Positions 56,800 through 64,000 of a stretch of DNA of 64,000 nt are shown piece by piece. The position numbers were made by a program, and so were the translations under genes. Source of the stretch: a virus; IMG/VR virus record IMGVR_UViG_3300021962_000031. One strand, written 5' to 3'. Position 1 is the first letter of the stretch. Each line of letters opens with the position of its first letter. Below the pieces are notes generated by a model, which saw only the letters and a list, made by a program, of their open reading frames with translations, was not told the origin of the DNA and made no database searches.

Positions 56800-58311
56800 T
56801 GTTTCTCCTTATGCGATCAGTTCCGGATTGTGCCTTGAAACGCGTCCCCGCTTCCTACCGTTGACAACCATCTGTATGCCTTCCAGCGAACGCCAGTTTG
56901 CCAGGGCCTTCTTCATGGACGCCACGCTGGGGAAAGTAATCGTCAACCTGCCTTCTTTGGCTAGGACAGTAAGATGGGCAAATGAACCGGCCACCTCCAG
57001 AATAATTTTTCTGGGGTGGCCTTTGGAAACTGTCTGACGGAAATGATCGTAGTGACGAAACACCACGATCTCGCCGTTGTTTTTTACCAGCCTCATCGTT
57101 TTCTCCCGACATACCGTGTGCAACCCCAGGAGATTTCCTCAAGCTCATCGAAGAACGACTTGAAAAAGACTAGTGTAAGGCCGATTGCAAAAGCAATTCC
57201 CATCAGCTGTGCCCCTTATCGTTGAGGAATTTGTCAACAGTCTGCACCACATGTTCAAAACATGCGCGAACAATCACATCTTTTTCGTTGTATTCCTCGA
57301 CGCTTGCGCCCAGCCAGCTGCGAATAGTTTGTTTCTCCTGGGGGGTGGCCCACTCTGCCACTTCCTCAAAAGTCCTGACCCGTTCATCGACCCAGCCCCA
57401 TGTCTCCGGCGACCACTTCGGCGGCCCCTTTGACTCAAGCGATGCGGTGTCGTTGCCGAATCGCTTGAGGATGTCCTGTTCGCACTTCGCAAAAATCTTC
57501 AGTAGTCTGTTCATTGATCACCTCCGTTGTCCCATTCCCAATAAAAAAACAACCATTGCGTGGCCAAAAGACCAGCAATTACCAGAATTTGAACCATAAC
57601 TTTACCTCCTAGTAAGTCAAAGTCCATTGAAACTCAACCGACTCAACCGGACGGGCCTGGTTGTAGGGGTCGAACTTGCTCTTGACGGTCATCGACCGTT
57701 GGCAACAGCAACCAACCACAAAGGCGGCGACAAATACCAAGATCATCTTGATCATTGCATTTCCTCCCAGATCGTCCCTGCCAGGATGTCCTCGCTGTCC
57801 CACTCAAGCATTCGCCACGCAACCCGTGTCGCAAATTCCTGCCGTTGTTCATCGGTCATCACCTCGTACATGACCTGCTCGATTGCGACTAGCTTTGCCA
57901 GCAGTTTTGCTTCCATTCCGCTCATCGTTTCCTCCATGAAAAGACATAACGCCATAGAACAGCTTATTGTTAGGCCACAAAATATGCAAGTCTATTTAAA
58001 GGCAAACCATCCTTCCTCCAGAAGCCTAAAGGCCATGTCATATTTTTTGAGTTTCGGAGACTCGCCCGCCCTCATTCTGAGCCAGTCGATGATGTTGCCG
58101 CAGACGATACCCTCATCCGAAGCACCCATCTCCTTGATTGTTTTGCTTTCAGGAGACCACAACTCAAAACGAATCGTCCTAGCCCATGCCTGGTCAGCCA
58201 GGTGTTGGGCGTCCTTTTCGTTGACGAATTCCTTAGCCGTTTCAAAAACAGACTCGGCGGCGATGTCTGCCTGTTCGGATGCAAGGTCGATCCATGTGGT
58301 GGTTGTCTCGT

Positions 58312-58602
58312 TCATTCCGTCACCCCTTTCCTCAAGCTTGCAATTAGGAACGCCCTGGCTGCCTCGATGTGTTTGCACCGCCTTTCCCGGAAGGTCGCAT
58401 CCGGGCAGTCGCAGCTGTCGTGTTCGCATCCATCGTTGGAGAGGAACACATTGTACTTCGCACGATCATCGTGCAATTTTTCGTACTGAAACCCGCGGCC
58501 GTTCCAGTCAACGGGAAACTCGTGCAGCAGATACCGCCCGCTTCCTCCACGCCCCGGCAAAGAAATCAAGTTCTTTTTCTGAGTCATGTTCAGTCCTCCC
58601 AC
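58312..58602 (-). CDS. SWIM zinc-finger protein
   Basis: Y.V...SCDCPD....RRCKHI.A. Confidence 0.8.
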   Translation of the reverse strand: MGGLNMTQKKNLISLPGRGGSGRYLLHEFPVDWNGRGFQYEKLHDDRAKYNVFLSNDGCEHDSCDCPDATFRERRCKHIEAARAFLIASLRKGVTE

Positions 58603-60696
58603 TTTGCGTTTGGAAATTCTTGGCGCAGAATCTTCTTGAAGTCCACGCCAAGCTCGGCCAGATGGGCAGAAGCCAGCCCGGCCAACAGTTGATAAGAATC
58701 TGCCAGAGGATTCTTCTTGGCTTTCAGCCTCTTGATCTTCCGGATCACGATGCGGTAAGCCTTGATCGTCCGTTTCACATGCTCATCTTTCGTCATCACA
58801 AACCCCCTTTCACCATTATTGCAGTTTGTTTTTCGTTTGACCCACCGATTTCGCCAGAAGGTCCCATTCGTTTTCGTCTTGCTCGATCAGTTTTTCCTCT
58901 CCCCTGTCTATTTTCTTGACCAAGGCCTGGAAACTTCTTGCCTTAATCTTGAAGTTCCACCCAACCCCAGGAGCCATGTTCTCTGCCGTGAATGGGATTA
59001 GATCGATGAACGCTTCATCGCAAGGCACACCCAGCGTGCCAGCCAGGGATTCAAGATCGTCCCATTCCGTGGTCAGGGCACCGCAAGCCTTTCCTTTGAA
59101 AATGGTCACCGTGCCGTGGTAGATTTCCTTTTTGGGGTCTGTGTGGATCGTGATCGGGCCTGACTTGCCTTCAAACGCGTTCCGCATCTTCTCCCACACC
59201 CCAGGGGCAAAGTCCTCCCAGATAGCCTGTTCGTCACTCCACATGGAGTAGCGAAGATCAACCGACACCTCCTCGGCTGGTTTGTCCTCCATTTCCTTCC
59301 TAGCGAAGAACCTCAATGTCGGAGCGTGTTTGCTGCCGCAAACGGACATCTTCAAACCGTAGCTGTTGGCAACGGATCGGATGTGGATCAAACATGCCTG
59401 GACATCGTTCTTCAGACAACAGACTTCGCTCCTCTTCAGCTTGTCATAGTCGGAACCGTAAAGCTTGTCGAGAACCGACTTGCACTCGCCGTCAACGGGG
59501 AAAAGCCCCCGTCCCAGAATTGAATTCCGCAGTTGCAATTTGCATTTCAACATTAAACTGTCCTCCTAGAAAAGTCAATTACTTTGCCAAACGGAACACC
59601 GAATTCTTCAGCTTAAGCTCGTTGCCCCTCATGAGGGTCGCCCAAGCCTCTGCCCAGCGCATCTTCAGTTGCCTGGCTGCATCGTGAACCAGAGACACGG
59701 AAACTTTTTCAGAGAGCGGGTAAAGCTGTCTGTACCCCGTCCGATGTTCCAGTTCCAGGTACTTCCAATTGTACGGGTCCGAGTTTTCCATCGGCCAACA
59801 TCTCCTTAAAAATCTTGTCGCAATACCGTGTCGCCGACTGTAGGTTCGTTTTGTAGGGGTTCTTGCCCCAACATCCCCACAACACATCACCTGTGCTATA
59901 GTCGTTGATTGAACAAACCCAACCCCAACTAGGAAGTTCGCTTTCGTAGGCGATCAGCAGGTAATTTTTACCATTAGCCTCGACATGTTTGAACACTCCG
60001 TTGTCGTTTCCCATCGTCCTTTCGCCCAGTCGCCAGCCGTAAACCGTCTTCATCGTCCCCATTCCCTTTCCAGAAAGTTAGCGATCTTGTCCGCAGTCGT
60101 TTCGCCCAGGTCCCAACCCAGCACATCCACCCAGTGCCGCAGCAGTTTCCCGCACTCATCGACCAGTTCGTCCACGCTCAAGTCCTTTAAGAACTCGACA
60201 TCTCCGAAGGCGTTTGCCGTGTACAGTTCCGACAACCTTTTCATTGTGACACTTCCTCCGTAATCTTTCTCCAATCAACATGTGGATCGAAAGGTGGACC
60301 GCGATCCACGATCCATTTTTTCTTCTCGCATCGTTGCGTCCACTCAAACCAACCCTGGCAAACAGGCTTGTCTTTCATATAAAGCCAGCCACCGACGCGA
60401 CCGACAACACCCAAATGAATCGCAATCGCCTTCGCCAATTCCAGATGTGTCATTTTATTCTGTCCTTGTTACAAAAATCACCTTCTTGGAAACCGCTGCC
60501 TTGGGATCGACCAGGATTGCGATCTTGGTCGTGTATTCCCCACCCAAGAGCCTGAGCCTCATGACATTACCGCTGACATACCGGTCTGTCCGGACATCAG
60601 GCCGGTCAAAACCAATCGTTTGCCCAACCTTCAGTTTACGCATCTTGGTCAGGCTAACTTTCCCTAAATCGGGCAGTTCGGTATTCTTGTTCGCCA

Positions 60697-61116
60697 TCAC
60701 GCAGCCTCCTGGAAGAAAACCCTGGGCTTGCCGTCCACGCTGGTCAGCAGCACCACCCCCGCGGTCTCGAGCTTTTTCCCGTCGCCGTCCACAAAACTGT
60801 CCACCTTGTAGGGGTTGTAGTAGGCAGTCTTGTCTCTGGGCATACTGTTGATGAGTTTGCCAGCCTCGATGGGGTCGGTCACGATCTCCCCCTTGACTCC
60901 GGCATGAACCAGCTTTTTGCCCAATGCCCTCACCCGATCCCGGCCACCTGGCTGAACAACGAACTGAACATTCTTAATCAGAAGGTTCTCGTCATGTAAA
61001 ATGACTTTCCCCTCGCTTGACTTTGCAGACCAGACCACCCCTGGGTGGTGGAGATTCCTGTAGACGAACGCTGTCAGCTTTCTCTTTTGTCGCATCCGGA
61101 CTGTCCCCCGTGTCAT
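60697..61116 (-). CDS. Conserved phage hypothetical protein
   Basis: VYRNLH..WS...FVV...GR.RV....KKLVHAGVKG...YNPYK..SFV. Confidence 0.7.
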   Translation of the reverse strand: MTRGTVRMRQKRKLTAFVYRNLHHPGVVWSAKSSEGKVILHDENLLIKNVQFVVQPGGRDRVRALGKKLVHAGVKGEIVTDPIEAGKLINSMPRDKTAYYNPYKVDSFVDGDGKKLETAGVVLLTSVDGKPRVFFQEAA

Positions 61117-63439
61117 TGTTGAAGAAGACTCTGCTGACTTCCTTCATCAGCAGCAGCAAATCCTTGTTTGGCAAGATGGACGAACCGTGCAACTCAATGA
61201 TCTTTGCGAGTTGCACGGCCGCCTCCTTGGACATCCTCACCATTTTCATAGTTCGGACTTGCCAGTGATTTTCTTCAGGGCGGCAACGACCTCGGCCAGG
61301 CCGTGGCGGTTGACCAGTTGCTCCACTCGCTGATGCACCATGCTCACCGGTTGGGTCAACCCGGGCTTTTCGATGTCGCCATCGATAGGGTAGATCAGCG
61401 AGTAGGGCACCATCCACATCGACCCTGAAGAGTCAAACTTCTTGATCTTCGCCCTCGATGGGTTGATCTTCTCGACAACCCCCAGGGTCTTTGTCCCGTT
61501 CGGTCGTCCGAACAACACCTTCATACCGACATGCACTTGATCCTTCAACATTTGCCATTCCTCCTTTGGGTTAAAGAACACAATCCAGATCATACTTACA
61601 TATCTGATCTTCCACCGCCTCGGCTGGAGTAAAGTTCAGATCGAAGTATTTCTCAATCTCTTCATCGTCGCCGCCACCGTCTTCCCAGGACATGCCTGTC
61701 AGTTGGGCATACTTGTTGACAAACATGTAACGCCACAGAGACAGACTCGGTCGAATCGCCATCACCACTCCTCCTTAATGATCGGAAAGGGTTTCGCTGA
61801 AGAACTTCTCGCTCACCGCAGGGAGTTCCTCCTCCGACACGGTGAAGAACTTGTCGCTATCGCTCTCATCGATCCTTGCCAGCATCGCTGCCCGGATCAG
61901 AGCCTGGCTGAGCGTGGCGCACTTCTCATCCCAGCTGTTTGCCACATAGTCGCCCCAGGAGAGGAGATAGCCATCCTCTTCCTTTTCGATGAACACACAC
62001 AGAGTTTTCAGTCTCGCATGCAGCAACTCTTTCATTGCACTTCCTCCTTGTGAACAACCAGATAGTCGAAAGTCTTGCCATTCCTCAGCCCGACGCGGTA
62101 AATCCATCCACAGGGAAGGATTCTCTGCATCGCCCAAGCACAAACCCAGCGATTGAGGAACTTCCCCCACTTGACCGGTTTGTTCACCAAGCCGCCGATG
62201 TGTTGCGGATCGTTCAACGCCTGGACTTGATCCGGGTCCATCTTGTGCCACTCGTATGTCCTAGGCCACGCCAGATTGATCTTGTACGCCAGAGTCTCGT
62301 CAACCGCCATGTGTCACCTCCCTTTCACCCTTATTGCAGTTTCCCTGGGGTTAGGCTCAACATTCCCTCGCTGATCCGCTTGGCGATCCAGTTCGCCTCG
62401 CGCCCCATGCCCGAACCCGTGCTGATCGTGAACCCGCACCCGCTCCTAGGCTTGACCACGATCTGGTAGAGATTGGCCCCGCCACCCAACTGATAGAGGG
62501 ATGTTTCTGCCCCGCCATCGCTTGCCGGATAGGTCTTGATGTGATTCCAGATCATTTCTTCTCCATTTTGTAAAAGTGAATCGACCAAGCATGACCCCAT
62601 TCGTACCAGTAGCCAGCCTGGTTGACTATCCGGTCGAAGTCATCAATCAGATTGATAGAATCAACCGCATATCCGTTCAGTACATGATTGAGAGTTCCCT
62701 CACAGGTGAGGGTGAGGTCGGCGTATTGCCCCACCTCCTCCCCCCTCTTTTGCCATTCCTTCGGGTCGTAGAAACTGTGATCCTTGCCCAACCCCCATCT
62801 GTCGATGTACTTCTGAATCGCCGTCTTCAGTTGCTCGGTCACGATGTCCTCCTTTCAATGTGTGATGCTCGCACCAGAGTCACCGCATCTTCCAGGCTGA
62901 TGTTGCGTTTCGTCTTCACCACCTCGGTTCCTTCGTAGAAGTTCAGTCGGCCCGACTCCTCCTGCCAGCCGATGCTGAAGGCAGCCCAATCTTTGGACAG
63001 ACTCCAGAACAACACCGTGGTTGTCCCGCCCACTTCCATGAACAGCTTCGCATCCAAACCATCAAATTCCGTGTCGGTCAAATCAGCCTTGATCTTCATC
63101 GTTGTCCTCCTAGGTAACCTTAAACTGCCATGTCCTTACGGATCAAGTCAAGAACATCTTGCCAGTCATCCGTTTCCAACATGTACTCAATCACACTCTT
63201 GTAGCACCCACCCTCCAGCCTCACCACCGTGTAGCGATGATATTCGGCATCCGGGTCGTATCGCAACTCCGGGTCCTTGTAGTCGATCCAGACACAGAGT
63301 GTGTCGCTTGCAAAGTGTGGGCATTGGTCATGTTTCCAAGACACATCCTTGAATCCCATCCCCAGGAGGGGAGCGACCCGCGTTGTCAAGTCCTCATCGA
63401 AGTCGGGAAACTCTTGCCGGTAGTTGCCGATAGCCATCG

Positions 63440-64000
63440 TCATCGCCCTCCCCATTGTTGTGCCATTGCTTTTGCAATCCCACGGTAGGTCTTGCTCCGA
63501 ATCTTCCATCGGTTCGGCCCCGGCGAGGTCAGATGCACCTTCGCCCGGTCCTTGTACGGCAGGGACATCGTCTCCTGCTTGAGGTTGGTTGTCGGCTCAA
63601 GCCTGGGTAGGCCACGCAGCCAGAAGCAAGTCCGCTTGACCTCCTTGTGTCCGAAGTCGTAGGGCTGAACGCTTTGGGCGAAGTTGGCTCGGATGATCTC
63701 CTTGCCGTATCGGTGCATGACGGGGTTCTCTACACACACCCTCTCCACCGGAGCATTCCAGAAGGCGAGGAACAGCCTTGCGCCCTCCCGCATCGCCTCC
63801 CAACGCTCCTCGTTCTTCGTCCCGTCGGCGTTGTACAACCAACGCACCCCGGCATTGGTCAGGTAGGTACAGGGGGGGTGAGCGATCAGCATGTCCCACC
63901 CATCGCCGAGAATCTTCGTCGCATCCCCCTGAATGTGGTGGGGACTGCCATCGTCTGCCGGAAGCACATCCGCACTCCAAGCATCGTGTCCCATGCTTCT
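63440..64000 (-). CDS. Short-type C5 DNA methyltransferase, 5' end outside the window
   Basis: WDMLIAHPPCTYL, VENP, QPYDFG, K.TCFWL, RSKTY.GIAKAMAQQW. Confidence 0.85.
   Translation of the reverse strand, partial: RSMGHDAWSADVLPADDGSPHHIQGDATKILGDGWDMLIAHPPCTYLTNAGVRWLYNADGTKNEERWEAMREGARLFLAFWNAPVERVCVENPVMHRYGKEIIRANFAQSVQPYDFGHKEVKRTCFWLRGLPRLEPTTNLKQETMSLPYKDRAKVHLTSPGPNRWKIRSKTYRGIAKAMAQQWGGR

Larger units (their letters stand above)
55360..63509 (-). other. Dense array of about 28 small, mostly hypothetical CDSs (probable early/host-takeover region)
   Basis: Strong GGAGG RBSs and ATGA overlaps throughout. Confidence 0.6.

Noticed and set aside
57627-58919. 430-aa plus-strand ORF
   Set aside because: Lies opposite several coupled minus-strand genes with good RBSs, including the SWIM protein; its composition is not protein-like.
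1-64000. Stop-codon reassignment
   Set aside because: Conserved genes are full length in the standard code, and all three stop codons end genes.

Overview
This is a 64-kb segment of a large double-stranded DNA bacteriophage, with densely packed, often overlapping genes. Almost all are on the minus strand; I found only one credible plus-strand gene. Signal-peptide and ECF-sigma styles tentatively suggest a Planctomycetota host. Left part: three GT-B glycosyltransferases and PhoH, then a replication/recombination block. That block has SSB, a DnaE polymerase split into two genes around a DEDDh exonuclease, HAD nucleotidase, MazG, Cas4-like nuclease, dNMP kinase, primase, DnaB and RecA with a class-3 intein. 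Middle part: class II RNR, a 1345-aa Thr/Cys-rich mucin-like fibre and its paralogue, a papain-like protease module, ThyX, a second glycosyltransferase cluster, three sigma factors, an initiator-type tRNA-Met and a CarF/TMEM189-type lipid desaturase. Right part: many small ORFs, plus a C5 methyltransferase carrying about 14 TRD-like modules and a nested alternate-frame gene, GNAT, macrodomain and a LexA DNA-binding-domain-only protein. The best candidates for new biology are the modular two-frame methyltransferase, two unannotated structured ncRNAs (46764-46886 and 54611-54861), the intein-less split DnaE, the Glu-initiated class-3 intein and a possible virion glycosylation system. All calls come from reading motifs by eye; no searches or folding programs were run.
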